Below, piece after piece: positions 37,800 to 51,714 of a stretch of 64,000 bases of DNA. Source of the stretch: Octopus sinensis (Eukaryota). How positions within the stretch are numbered: the first letter of the stretch is position 1; each line of letters opens with the position of its first letter. Made by a program: the position numbers and the translations under genes. The DNA is taken from NCBI RefSeq assembly GCF_006345805.1, contig NC_043002.1, positions 26,908,001 to 26,972,000 of the forward strand. The letters run 5' to 3'. The notes beneath the pieces are model-generated. The model was given only the letters and a program-made list of their open reading frames with translations. It was not told where the DNA came from and did no database searches.

Positions 37800-40027
37800 T
37801 CCAGCAAAACACTGACACCAACCAAATCAACATCCTAGCAAGAGGTTTGAAATTCACACCCACCCCAAGAACACCCAACCCCCCGGAGGTCAAGGATGAC
37901 GTTTCTGAATTCTGCAGAAAACTTCGCCTAACAGAAGCTTTGACAGATATCAACAATGGGGACGATTCATTGATCAGAAATAAAAGCAACTTCCTACCAC
38001 CAAAAGGGAGAAATAAAACACTGGACGATTTCTGTAAACACATCCAGAGTCTCCCCTTTACCCCAAGCAAAACCAAGGTAAAATCCAATTTCAGTAAGGA
38101 AGAATGGGAAAACCTACGTGACATACAACTGGATAAAAACCTCACCATCAAAGAAGCGGACAAAGGGAGTGCTGTGGTCCTTATGGACACGGAATTTTAT
38201 AAACACCTAGTGTTCTCCATGCTTAACAATAACATTTTCTATGAGGTTATTAACAACTACAAACAGCAAAAAACAATCAGAAACCTCACCACACTCATAC
38301 GCCAACACGGTCAGGGACTCACAGAAAAAGAAAGGGATTATATCACCATTTTCAAATGCAAGCCCAGCCTTTTTATGGCCTTCCTAAAATCCATAAAAAC
38401 AAATACATCACCGAAGCCTGCAACTCTCCACTGACATCCCATCAACATCAAAGCACCGGAGGACCTAAAACTAAGGCCCATCGTGGCTGGTACCTCCTGT
38501 GAAACACACCGCCTGAGTAACTTCCTAGACATCCTTTTGAAACCTTTCCTTACCCACATCAAAAGTTTCATTAGGGATGATCTGGACATGCTCAAACACC
38601 TCCCGAAAACAGTTAACGAGGAGGCACTCCTGGTATCCTTTGATGTCATCACCTCTACACCAACATTCCACACGAGTATGGTATAGAGGCAATTGACTTC
38701 TGGCTAGAAAAACACCCAAGACATTCCCTGACCGCATAACAAGTCTTTTATTACAGAATCTCTTAAGTTCATTCTGACAAACAATTTTTTTCTCTTCGAC
38801 GACACACACTACCGTCAAAAATGTGGCATTGCGATGGGTACCAAGGCTGCACCAGTCCTTGCGAACCTCATAATGGGTTACTTCGAACTGTCACTCTATG
38901 AAATATCAAGCCAGAAATTTGGACATGTTTTCCACACCTACCTAATGGAAAACTGGAAAAGGTATTTAGATGATTGTTTCATCATATGGAAAGAACTTAT
39001 GAAAAACTCCTGAATTCAAAACCATACTAAACAACATACATCCCAACATCCAATTCACTATGGAATTAAGCAAACATCATCTCCCATTCCTTGATCTCCT
39101 AATTATAAAAACACCTAAGAACCAAATCATAACAGACATCTACCACAAACCTACAGACTCACAACAATACCTCCTCTTTAGTTCATGCCACCCAAAACAC
39201 ACCAAGACAAATATCCCTTTCAATTTAGCTAAAAGGGTATGCACCATTGTCTCGGATCCAAAAACACGAGAAATACGCCTTCAAGACCTCAAAAAAACAC
39301 TATTACAACGTCAATATCCCTCCACCCTTATAGAGTATGGAATAAAACACGCCAAATAACTAGACAACACTACACTGAAAACCACCCAACCTAAAACCAC
39401 ACACAACCTCAAAATACTTCCATACATTTCCACCCACAACCCCAAAAATATCGAAGCATACACCACAATCATACAAAACCTCAGTCTACTGTCAACAGAC
39501 CCAAAATGAAAAACATTATAAATACACACAAAATCCTCAAATGCAAAAGGCAACACAAATCTTAAAAAACTCTTGACAAATGCCAAACTTCACACACCAC
39601 ATCCACCCCCAACAGTAAAAAAATGTGCACGCTCAAACTGTGGTACCTGCCCCTTTCTACTTGAAGGCTCTGAATTTACCTTCAAACAAGGTACGAAGTT
39701 TAAAATCAAGACTAACTTCTCCTGTTCCTCCGAGAACCTTATCTACGTTCTCACATGCGCTGGTTGCCAACATAATTATGTTGGACAAACGAGTCTCCCG
39801 TTACGTAAACGAGTAACGGTGCATAAAGAACAAATAAATCTCCCGGAATACCGACAAATTCCACTGGGTGACCACTTAGACTCATGTGCTAAGACTTAAA
39901 CCCCAAATTCTATATATTCCCCTTCTACCAATGTAAAGACGGGATCACCACACAGGAGAGAATTAACAAGGAGAATCTCTTTATTGAAAAATTCCAAACA
40001 CAACTTAATATGCAAACTCCTCGTTGA
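37800..40027 (+). pseudogene. PLE polyprotein (reverse transcriptase + GIY-YIG endonuclease), frameshifted
   Basis: Motifs in order: LARGLKFTPTP, IKEADKGSAVVLMD, RPIVAG, LVSFDV, GIAMGTKAAP, RYLDDCF, IQFTME, PFLDL, YHKPTDSQQYLLFSSCHP, CARSNCGTC, NLIYVLTC...YVGQT, KENLFIEKF. They are split over several frames. Confidence 0.95.
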
Positions 40028-40657
40028 TCAAACTTCCTTTCTCTACCTCACTCTTCATGGAGGGACTAACACAAATATATAAAGATACCATGCTTCATCA
40101 CTTCAAGCTAAAACTTATATTCTTTAAATATCATTTTTACTATTGTTGTTATTACTATCATTTTTATTATAAATGATTTGACAATTTGAAATGCAATTGT
40201 CTATGCAGATTTATATTATTAGAAAATAATATAAATAAAGTGTTAAAATCTGAAAGTTAAGTTAACAAGCAATTATATAAAAAAGATAATGCAAATGAAG
40301 CTAAAATGATAGTTTTATAATTTGGGTTTTATTCAAGAACTCAAAAGAGTTGTCTCCCCTTACCCACAACACAGGAACTGAAGAACCAGGACCACAATTA
40401 CTACTACTTCCTGTCCTGCAACATGCTTAATTTAACAACACAACACATCACATGCTCTTAATCCCTTTGGATCTTAACACCTCAATGTAATTTTTTGGTA
40501 AACAACCATAAAACTCAAGATACACAACGAACTCACAATGTATCGGAGAACTTATTTTTTAATTTTTGTACATTTTTATCATTATTCTTTTACAAAAAAC
40601 ATGCAATTTTCTTTTTTTCCCCTTTCTAATTTTTAAAATAACTTCTTAAAACATAAA

Positions 40658-40698
40658 TATTCTTGACAAGTCATACAATGACGAAAACCGGTTGAATA
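40658..40698 (+). ncRNA. Hammerhead variant (U3:A8 core) in the pLTR; mirror copy at 36811-36851 (-)
   Basis: TATTC-TTGACAA-GTCAT ACA ATGAC-GAAAAC CG GTT-GAATA. Confidence 0.65.
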
Positions 40699-40788
40699 AA
40701 TATATATTTATATATTTTATCATTTTCTCATTTTATTAAAATTTTCTTTCATTTGAGCATTCTGCTTTTTTAAAAAAAGTTTTCCTTA

Positions 40789-40828
<40 letters not shown>

Positions 40829-40830
<2 letters not shown>

Positions 40831-41946
40831 CATATATTTATATGTATGTATAGTTAATCCAAACATGGCCAAAGAGAAAATACAAGGAGAGGACGTGGAA
40901 TAAGGATAGTGTTATTGGATGCTCTGAAAAGGAAAAGAAAAAGGAGGACTTCACGTTTCGAGCGGAGCTCTTCGTCAGAAATAGAGAAAAAAAGAAAAAA
41001 GTTCAAAGAAAGGAAGAGAGAGAAGAAAATCGCCAACGATACATACGGGGTCACGTATTGAAATGACCGGAAGAGAATGGGCGAAGAAAAAGTTCTTTCA
41101 AAGACAGGAGAGTGCAAGAGAAGGAGGTATGTGTGTGTAGTGTGTGTGCGTGTATGAATATGTAGTGTGCGTGTGTTTTGTTTGCAGTGTGTGTGTGTAT
41201 GTATATGTGTGTCCGTCTGTGTATGTGTGCGCGTGTGCGAGTATCTGCGTTTGTGTGTGTGTACGGTTATGTATAATTGTGTTCGTGTATATATGAGTGG
41301 GTGCTGTGTGCGTATTGGAGGTATGTGTGGTTCATTTACGTGTGTGTGTGCGTATGTGTATGTGTGTGCCTGTGAATATACATTTGTGTGCATGTGAGTG
41401 TATGTGCATGTGTACATGTGTGGTGTGCATGTGCATGTGTGTGTGAACGAGGGATTGTGTAGGGGATATAGGTGCGTTTTTTTGCATGTGCGTGTGTGTG
41501 TGCGTGTACATCTGTCTGTGCATATTATTAATAATTTTGATATATATTTAAATAATATAAATTAATTAATCTTATGTATTGGCTTAAGTGTTTCATTGTA
41601 TGATTTGCCTAATAGTGGTTTTATCTCTAATTTAATATAATATATTTTACTATAAAATGGATTCAATCCTAAATCTGATTTTTCCCTGTAAGTTTGGATT
41701 TATTCCCTAATATTTTATTATATATATATATATATATATATGTGTAACTTTCTATTTTTCATCTTTCAATTGTTTCTTGTCATTGGACTGCGGCTATGCT
41801 GAGTCACTATACACAAGAGGTTTTACTTAATTGAGTGACTTATTTTTCAAACCTGATAAATTATCGCAAGTTCCTGGGGCGTAAATTCACCAACATCGGT
41901 TATCAAGCAGGTTATCAACACAGTCGCGCACACACATACACCCCCG

Positions 41947-42009
<63 letters not shown>

Positions 42010-43121
42010 TTTATATGTATGTATAGTTAATCCAAACATGGCCAAAGAGAAAATACAAGGAGAGGACGTGGAATAAGGATAGTGTTATTGGATGCTCTGA
42101 AAAGGAAAAGAAAAAGGAGGACTTCACGTTTCGAGCGGAGCTCTTCGTCAGAAATAGAGAAAAAAAGAAAAAAGTTCAAAGAAAGGAAGAGAGAGAAAGA
42201 AAATCGCCAACGATACATACGGGGTCACGTATTGAAATGACCGGAAGAGAATGGGCGAAGAAAAAGTTCTTTCAAAGACAGGAGAGTGCAAGAGAAGGAG
42301 GTATGTGTGTGTAGTGTGTGTGCGTGTATGAATATGTAGTGTGCGTGTGTTTTGTTTGCAGTGTGTGTGTGTATGTATATGTGTGTCCGTCTGTGTATGT
42401 GTGCGCGTGTGCGAGTATCTGCGTTTGTGTGTGTGTACGGTTATGTATAATTGTGTTCGTGTATATATGAGTGGGTGCTGTGTGCGTATTGGAGGTATGT
42501 GTGGTTCATTTACGTGTGTGTGTGCGTATGTGTATGTGTGTGCCTGTGAATATACATTTGTGTGCATGTGAGTGTATGTGCATGTGTACATGTGTGTGTG
42601 TGCATGTGCATGTGTGTGTGAACGAGGGATTGTGTAGGGGATATAGGTGCGTTTTTTTGCATGTGCGTGTGTGTGTGCGTGTACATCTGTCTGTGCATAT
42701 TATTAATAATTTTGATATATATTTAAATAATATAAATTAATTAATCTTATGTATTGGCTTAAGTGTTTCATTGTATGATTTGCCTAATAGTGGTTTTATC
42801 TCTAATTTAATATAATATATTTTACTATAAAATTGGATTCAATCCTAAATCTGATTTTTCCCTGTAAGTTTGGATTTATTCCCTAATATTTTATTATATA
42901 TATATATATATATATATGTGTAACTTTCTATTTTTCATCTTTCAATTGTTTCTTGTCATTGGACTGCGGCTATGCTGAGTCACTATACACAAGAGGTTTT
43001 ACTTAATTGAGTGACTTATTTTTCAAACCTGATAAATTATCGCAAGTTCCTGGGGCGTAAATTCACAACATCGGTTATCAAGCAGGTTATCAAACACAGT
43101 CGCGCACACACATACACCCCC

Positions 43122-43125
<4 letters not shown>
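40829..43125. repeat. Near-identical tandem duplication (~1173-bp period)
   Basis: 40829-41950 versus 42002-43125. The unit holds an HHR element (40948-40982 and 42121-42155, minus, CTGACGA...GAAACGTG), a GT-rich tract and a SINE fragment. Confidence 0.95.
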
Positions 43126-43180
<55 letters not shown>

Positions 43181-43209
43181 ATATATAACAAAGTGGAATA
43201 TATATATAT

Positions 43210-43455
43210 ATTCGATTTGCGCACCGCGCTATCTATTTTGTTCTTGAGCATGACACTTCATAGAAATGAGTTGCGACGCCATTGGTGCCATTCTCTGTCG
43301 GTCTTTGCTTTTCTGTAGAATATTGGCGGCGTGGAGAGCGAACACTAGTATGCATGTGTGACTGGTTTTATTCGTGAAACAGCCTTGCCGGATTTCAGCC
43401 GCGGAGTGAAAAGTTCTAGGTACAGTCCCATGTTCTTCCATGACCATTTTACCTG
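43210..43455 (+). mobile_element. Decayed copy of the 21275 SINE family
   Basis: TGTTCTTGAGCATGACACTT...TAGAAATGAGTTGCGACG...GGCGTGGAGAG...CTAGGTACAGTCCCATG. Confidence 0.75.
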
Positions 43456-44441
43456 ACAAATGGTTGTAAGTGAAACACGGACACTGTACAGGCGTCAAAT
43501 TACATGGCTTGTCTCCATCCATTTCCGCTGAAATCAAGTGGCAGGACAAAGTCTCTTAAAGCCCGTTTTACGGTCAGCTTTACTCTGTCATAAGACCTTC
43601 GTGAAAAAGTGCAATATGTATTTGACAAGACAATATTTGATAGCATTTTATAGAGCTCGGTGAAGAAGATTTTCTATCTGTCCAACATTTAGGCAGCCTC
43701 GGCCAAACACCTGAAGGAGAAAAGAGCCAAGCATTTAGCGAAATCCAGTTTACCAGTAGATGGTGGTGTTCACCACTGAAACGCCTGCATCAGCCTGTAC
43801 AAATCTTAGTCAAGTTTCAATTTGTACATGAGACGACGAGGCAAAAAAGCGAACTCAGAACACTGTGCAGCTTTGTCCTGCTGAATATTCGTCGAAGCGA
43901 CGGGAGTGTCCAACAAAAATATGTATTAAAAAATTACCAATAGCACATACTGAATGCTTGCTGCTAATCGCTTGTGAATATAGCAATGTGTTCTAAAGGA
44001 AGTCCTTTTAAAAATGTATAGTAATAAATTCATGAGTATACAGCAAAGCTAAGCGAATCAAAACAGCCCTAGAAATAGACAAGAACTACAGATATAGATA
44101 TTTCATGATAAACAGTTCTATATATTCGCTTCACTTCCGAAACGAAATCAAATTATAAGGTAGAAGAATATCTATAGCACCGCACATGAAGAACGAAACG
44201 AAAATTTTGTGTTGGAAGACGACCAATAATGTAAGCATTACAAATACCATATATTATTATATGTGTAATATTTACATACTTAATGCATGTTGTCTAACAA
44301 GAGACATATTTCAAGTATGTGAAATTGGTAGTGTTTATGTTACTGAGCTACCTCTTATGCAAAAATCGATGCATATGTACATTCGTACATACATACATGC
44401 ATACATACATACATACATACATACATACATACATACATACA

Positions 44442-44473
<32 letters not shown>

Positions 44474-45181
44474 GACACGCACATATATATATATTAGTTT
44501 TCATATAAGTGTGCGTGGATGTATGCCTTTGTATGAGTGCATGTATATGAATGCACACATATTGATAAACAGATTGATATCAGGAAATATTCTATGTAAC
44601 TTTTACTGATTACTCTTTATCCATTGTATATAATATATGAGAAGTAGTTTGTGTAAATACGCACTCGCGCAAACCTATTCACACACACACGCACACATAT
44701 TCACACACACACGCACACATATTCACACACACACGCACACACATAAAAAGAGTGGATATATAGTTCTGCACAACGTCTGTTTGTTAAATTTTATTCAAAA
44801 CTGGATATAAAGACAATTTCTGTTAAGAAATCAAGACTGTTCTATAATGCAATTGTTTTAGGCGTTTTGCAGCCATATTGAACCTACTACAACATGGTTC
44901 CGAAGAGAACTACATAATAACCCGTCTTTGCATGCATCTCTCAGGTAATTTTCCTATTTCCATTCAATCGTTTTAACGTTAAGATATAATATGCGACGTA
45001 TAAATTCATGTGTAGAAGAACAACAGCGATTGTTGACGCCATGTTCTCGTACTGAACCACCTTCATGTGTTTTGCGTATCATCCTAAACTGTATATAATA
45101 TGCTATTATTTATTTAATAGATCATTATAGCTAACAGATAGCAAACCTCCAAAATTAATCACACTCGTGGGTGTAAGAATT

Positions 45182-45261
<80 letters not shown>

Positions 45262-45280
45262 TATATATATATATAATATA

Positions 45281-45317
<37 letters not shown>

Positions 45318-45944
45318 TTATATATATATATGTATATATATATGCACATATGTATATATATATGTATACATATATATATATATATGTATATGTGTGTGTA
45401 TATATGCTTATTCCTATTTATATATACATACTCACAGACGCACATATGTATATATAAATTGATTCATGTACATATATGCATAAAAGTGTGTATGCGTGTG
45501 CATTTAGTGTCCGTGTGTTTGTGTGTGTGTGTGCACACATGTGTGTATCAATAAAGAGACAGGAAATATTTTGCAATGTAGCCAGAGATATTAGGCTCAT
45601 AAATAGTAAATACAAATTCACTGAATTTTAGCAGTAGTCCAACAAAATGAATAAACGAAGACAACCATTTAAAGGCACATCAATTACATCGCTGCAAATA
45701 TATAAAAAAAAATGACTGGATAAATGGCTCAGAAGATTGCCTCACGATCAGATGAAACTGTGTTCGATCTTTCCGCGCGTCTTGCAGTGAGAGTGTTTTC
45801 TAAAATTCCGAAATATGAATCCGTACATAGTAGTGATGGTCTACGCCACTGAAGAGAAATACAGTGAACGCACCGTGGAGTACATACTCATGCTGCGAGG
45901 TATCACAAACATTTAAATATTTGAATAGGCAATATATATATATA

Positions 45945-46100
45945 TAGTTAATCCAAACATGAATGAAGAGAAAATACAACAACGCCAGGACGTGGAATAA
46001 TTATAGTGTTATTGGACGTTCAGGAAAGGTCCAAGGAAGGGAAGACGGAGAAAGAAAATCGCCAATGATACACACGCAGTCGCATACACGCGCGGTCACA
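45945..46100 (-). mobile_element. Copy of the 14650/40852 short repeat with the HHR segment deleted
   Basis: TAGTTAATCCAAACA...GGACGTGGAATAA..ATAGTGTTATTGGA...AAAATCGCCAA.GATACA. Confidence 0.65.
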
Positions 46101-46119
46101 CACACACACACACACACAC

Positions 46120-46194
<75 letters not shown>

Positions 46195-46634
46195 TAGCCA
46201 ATTCATGGGCATCTATTTTCAACCAAAAGATAGCAAGGTATTCACACACACACACATGCATGCACAGACACGTGTATATGTATTCTAACAAGTGGCAACA
46301 GTGGACCACGAAGGAACATAAGGAAACCAAATAAAAAAGTAAACATTTTTCCAAGGAACAAGTTAATAATTTTCTGTTCAAATACATTGGGAATAACGCG
46401 GAAGAGAAATGATAGGAATAAAACAGGGAAGGAAATGGGACTATGAGAATGAAGCAATAAGGTAGAGAAAAGAGTTACTGAATGGCAATAATCAGCTGTA
46501 GAGAATATCGAAAAGGAATGAAAAACAAGTGGTAACTATTGCGTCAGGTATTGCTACGTGCAATAATAAACACGCCCTCATATACATATAAAAGTACGCA
46601 CAACCATACACATATACATAATTACATATACATG

Positions 46635-46683
<49 letters not shown>

Positions 46684-46704
46684 GTATATATATATACAAA
46701 TATC

Positions 46705-47315
46705 TAAAAGAAGGAAAATGCTCACATTTTACATAGTTTTAATATATTTTTAAATATATTTTATATTGTGTATGCCGACCAGTTTCGCTTTCGTTAATGA
46801 AAACATTGAAATTATTGTAATTCAAGAAGATTTCAGCCCACGTATGATGTAGAAAAATCTAATGTGATGTAATTGGTGATCGTTATTACTGGGGACAGGG
46901 TAGGTAATTGTTCATCTTTTGGAAGGGGATTAACATACACAAAAATCCCAAGCTAAAGTATTGGGATGAAATATGTACAGTGATGGGTATGTGATCATGA
47001 ATTAAAATATATACTGAGACCAAAGCTGGTTACGCGTTCATATTTAGACGTGTTCTCTAATTTTCGATGAACAAATTTTCCTTATTTAAATGTTCTTGTA
47101 CAGAAATTGTTTCTTTGCACTGGTAGATGGGGTAAACTGTGAGGTTTGGTGGGATATTACCTGCATATCTCACTATGTGTCCACTCAAAGGAATCTTTCT
47201 GTATTGCATGTACTGGATCTGTTCCTTATTTATTGTGGCTCTCCGTCTTAGTGTCAAACTTGACAGTCCTATATAGTTATGTTCACAATCTGAGCAAGTT
47301 ATAACATAAGTTAGA
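46705..47315 (-). mobile_element. PLE 3' fragment (GIY-YIG C-terminus + pLTR)
   Basis: RRRATINKEQIQYMQYRKIPLSGH...YPIYQCKE...NKENLFIEN is homologous to 39800-40000. The end at 46705-46800 resembles 775-850, including GAAAGC GAAAC TG GTC. Confidence 0.85.
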
Positions 47316-47368
47316 TTCTCGAATGTATAAGTGAAGTTGGTTTTATATATATATCTACATACACTAAC

Positions 47369-47409
<41 letters not shown>

Positions 47410-48342
47410 TCTAACCTCCTTATATATGCATATATATATATATATATATATATATACGTACACACACAGATTTTGCGCATACGCTGAGGAGGGAAGTAGG
47501 ACTTTAGTAAATACCCATGTATGCTTAGACAAAAGTGTTGAGACACTAATCACGTGCACGATGATAAGAAGCATAGAGCGTTTTCGAAGATGTACCCCAG
47601 TAATTAAGGAGCCATTCCTTTGTGCTTCCATGTGAAAATTTAGTCGCGGTCCAAGGGCGATTCTACAAATATAGAAGAAATTCAAGACGTTTCCTTGTAA
47701 ATCGAAATTACTAGTTATATGTTAGGAGTGACCGTTGGTCTTATCTACGTAGGATCTTATTTGTAGCCATCAGTTGGTTTCTCTATTGATTAATGTTTTA
47801 ATATATATGAGGTTTCTGGATGCATATTGAGGTTGATCGTAGATAAGGAGCACGTCTTGCGTAGCGGACAAGAGCGTTCTAAAACAGAACACGGAGGGGA
47901 ATATTTAATGCTTAAAACGACATCTCTAAATATAATTTAAGTATGTAATCGCTATAGCTTTATATATGATTTTGTATTCAGAAGTACCTGAATTTAAGAA
48001 TTGCTTCCAAGGAAATTTTATAACAAATTTCGTTAGCTTTACAGTAGCCAATAAAAAAATTTAGTAATTTAAGGTAAAGAATTACTCCATAAAGTTTTGC
48101 TAATTTACAAAATATAAGATGTCTGCGAACAGAGGCTATTATTGCAAAAGACGCTTGCTGTATATTTCAGTTTTCAAACGTTTGAGAATCTAAAATAGTT
48201 TTGCTCTATGTGTGTATATGCGCGCATCTGTGTGTGAGCATAGGTATATAGATACATTGATAGATGTAAAGATAATTAAATAGACAGATAGATAGATAGT
48301 TAGATAGATACAGAGAGAGAGAGAGAGAAAGAGATAGATAGA

Positions 48343-48382
<40 letters not shown>

Positions 48383-48444
48383 CGATAGAGAGAGAGAGAT
48401 ATACATATATAGATATAGATAGATAGATAGATAGATAGATAGAC

Positions 48445-48503
<59 letters not shown>

Positions 48504-48944
48504 AAGAATGTGCAAATATATGAGTGTGTATATGTATAGTCGCAAAATATATTCACACAGGCGAAGAATTAATGATAAATTAGTTTGTCCAACAAAAGTA
48601 AGTTGTATTTATTTTGCAGAAAATCTGTTATGAAACTTGTCATCTGAAATACAGTGAACCTTATATTGGTTCATAGTAATTGATACTCGACAACGTTATT
48701 GATGCAAAACTGTTTGATTATCATCCTTATAATAGCTGCCATCCCTAGAGAAAACGATGTATTGTATATAATCATATAAATTGATATATATACATAGATA
48801 TATGTACACACACACACATATAACTCTTATGGAAAACCATTCACATTAATAATAGACATTTTAGATGGTGAAAAGTTATTGTTTGAAATACATTTTACTA
48901 TATACTCAAATATTCTGGAGCTATTGTAATATTTTTGTCATTAC

Positions 48945-49295
48945 TTTTTACTCTCTTTTACTCTTTTACTTGTTTCAGTCATTTGACTGCGGCCATGCCG
49001 GAGCCCAGTACTTATTCTATCGGTCTCTTTTTGCCTAACCGCTAAGTGACGGGGACGTAAACACACCAGCATCGGTTGTCAAGCAATGCTAAGGGGACAA
49101 ACACAGACACACAAACACACACATACATATATGTATACGACAGGCTTCTTTCAGTTTCCGTCTACCAAATCCACTCACAAGGCATTGGTCGGCCCGGGGC
49201 TATAGCAGAAGACACTTGCCCAAGATGCCACGCAGTGGGACTGAACCCGGAACCATGAGGCTGGTTAGCAAGCTACTTACCACACAGCCACTCCC
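48945..49295 (-). mobile_element. tRNA-derived SINE with internal (GT)n
   Basis: Minus head GGAGTGGCTGTGTGGTAAGTAGCTTGCT...GGTTCAGTCCCACTGCGTGGCATCTTGGGCAAGTGTCTTC (A/B boxes plus a CORE-like segment) and a (GTAAAAGA)n tail. Confidence 0.9.
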
Positions 49296-50740
49296 CCAAT
49301 GGTAAATAATCCCATGAGTATTTCTTATATTGTACATCATGTTTTATTAATTTCCCACTCGCTCCCTAATTCCTTGTCAAGCCTGCAGCTAGTGAAAAAG
49401 CGTCAGATAGGATGACATAAACTGGTACATACCTTTCGTTCATACTAGTAACATTAGTATTCATCATCAGTTAAAATCAAATTTTGTTACCTCACATGCT
49501 TTAGCTACTTAATATTTTCAAATCCCTTATATTTTACATACATTATATAAAATTATAACCCTGTCTCGCTATATACAATTACTGCGCATAAAAAAGATGC
49601 GGCATCCAATGCGACTGGTAGATATCTACCTCGGCAAAGCTAATCCTCAATTAGCAGGAATGTTTGTTTTCAAGTGCATGAATGCTCACATTCTAATATT
49701 TAACTCACTAGGCCTTTTTGAGCAAAAAAAAAAACACGAAACAAAACAAAAAACATACAGGTAAATGCAGAAAGTGGTAAAATAGCAAGATGGATAGGGA
49801 GAGGATAGTATCAGTAGAGTGTAAAAGGAGTGATGTCAGAAGAATCAAAATGAGGATGTGGAGTCGTAAAAATATGCAGTAAACAGCATTTTAATCGAAA
49901 TAGGAGAGTAGGAGTAAAATTCAGGTCTGGTTATTAAGTTTGGATTGATTACCAAAGGGCAATTGCAAAACACACAGAGGTACGAACATATTTCTAGTAT
50001 ATGCCGCCATTCAAAAGGAAATTAGACAAAGAGAGAATATTACACCCTATAAATCTCGAGGTTTTAAGATCCAACAAGATTGCTATCTTTCGTTCTTTCA
50101 AAGTCGATACAATATTCTTTAAGTCAAGTACTGGGTTACTTTATGTCGACCATGCTATGTTTTTAAATCTTTCGACTTCATCCTACGTCAGCAATAATGG
50201 TTATTATTGAGTAAAAAATATAAAATAGTTGGAGAATATCATAACACTATACCTAAACTACAATGCACAATACTAAACTCATATCTTAAATTTTATTTTT
50301 CGAAAATAGTTATTTCTGGCAGTAAATTATTCAATATTTTCCGCTGTCATCATTGAACTGATAATTTTCGTCTGTAAACATTGTGAAAAATTTTCCTTAA
50401 TTTGACTATTATTTTCAATCGATATTTCTGCAATACGAGTGTGAAATGTTTTTTCTTCTGTTACCTTAAGCTTGTTATCTAAAGCTTGTTAATAATACGA
50501 ACCACACGTTCCTCCAACAAATGATATCTGTTTTTGTTTTTTTCCAAAAATACAAATTTTTTTATCAGATTGATACCATTATTAAATATAAAAGCGTGAT
50601 TTAGAACCACTGTTGTATTGAAAAATAGAAAGCCAAATATTATTTAAAATGCATTTAAAGTAATTTAACTAAATTCGTGATTTGAAACTACACGTTTGGG
50701 ATCAATTTGGACAGTTTTATCAAATGTTTTTAAAAATTTT

Positions 50741-50777
50741 TATATACATACATACATATATATATATATATGTTTAT

Positions 50778-50848
<71 letters not shown>

Positions 50849-50866
50849 ATTATATATATATATAGA

Positions 50867-50923
<57 letters not shown>

Positions 50924-50926
50924 GTA

Positions 50927-50975
<49 letters not shown>
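50741..50975. repeat. (TA)n microsatellite; one of dozens (e.g. 661-731, 7199-7345, 12134-12315, 21065-21274, 45180-45430)
   Basis: Read directly from the sequence. Confidence 0.98.
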
Positions 50976-50978
<3 letters not shown>

Positions 50979-51651
50979 CATAATGTATGCTTGCTTTCAA
51001 TTATTCTTTATGGTCTTGCTTCAAGAATGCTTGCGTTTCACGTTGTCTTCGTTTAGTTAATCTCATATATTTTACCTCCACTCCCACCACTTCTGTATTC
51101 CTCCTGAATCACATACTTTATTATTTTCCATCTGTTTATTTGTACTTGTTTCACAATCTAAATATATCTATATCTATCTATATACATATATGTGAGTATG
51201 CATGTTTTTGTGTGAGAGTGTATGTGTATGTGTATGTGTGTGTGTGTGTTAGTGCATGCTGCAATTTTCTGACCGTAAATATCTGACAACCTCTCAAATC
51301 CATTCGTGCACCTCCATAAAATGCATGAATTTCTTCTTCTCAATCATTCTCTTAATCGTTCTATCTCTCTTATTCTCCCTGTCACCCGCTACTTTGTTCG
51401 CTTATCACGTTACGTTTGAAATTTTACCATTTATTGTAGATATTTATCTTCGTTCCATTCACGTCACCCATTGTTTGGTACTTTTTACTTCTCACTCTTA
51501 TCTTTTAATCCCACCTTATATTTAATTCAGCTAACACCTACCTGACTCACAAACGGATTACTTCTCTCTGTCTATAAACCTATCTATATTATCAAACACT
51601 CTATATAAACCTTTTTCTCCGTTGTTAACCCCTTATAACACACGCCCACGC

Positions 51652-51710
<59 letters not shown>

Positions 51711-51714
<4 letters not shown>

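Larger units (their letters stand above)
36722..40790 (+). mobile_element. Penelope-like element, 5'-truncated, with inverted 5' pLTR
   Basis: 36725-37532 is a near-perfect reverse complement of 39980-40786, and these arms enclose the RT + GIY-YIG coding region. (TA)n lies on both flanks. Confidence 0.95.
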
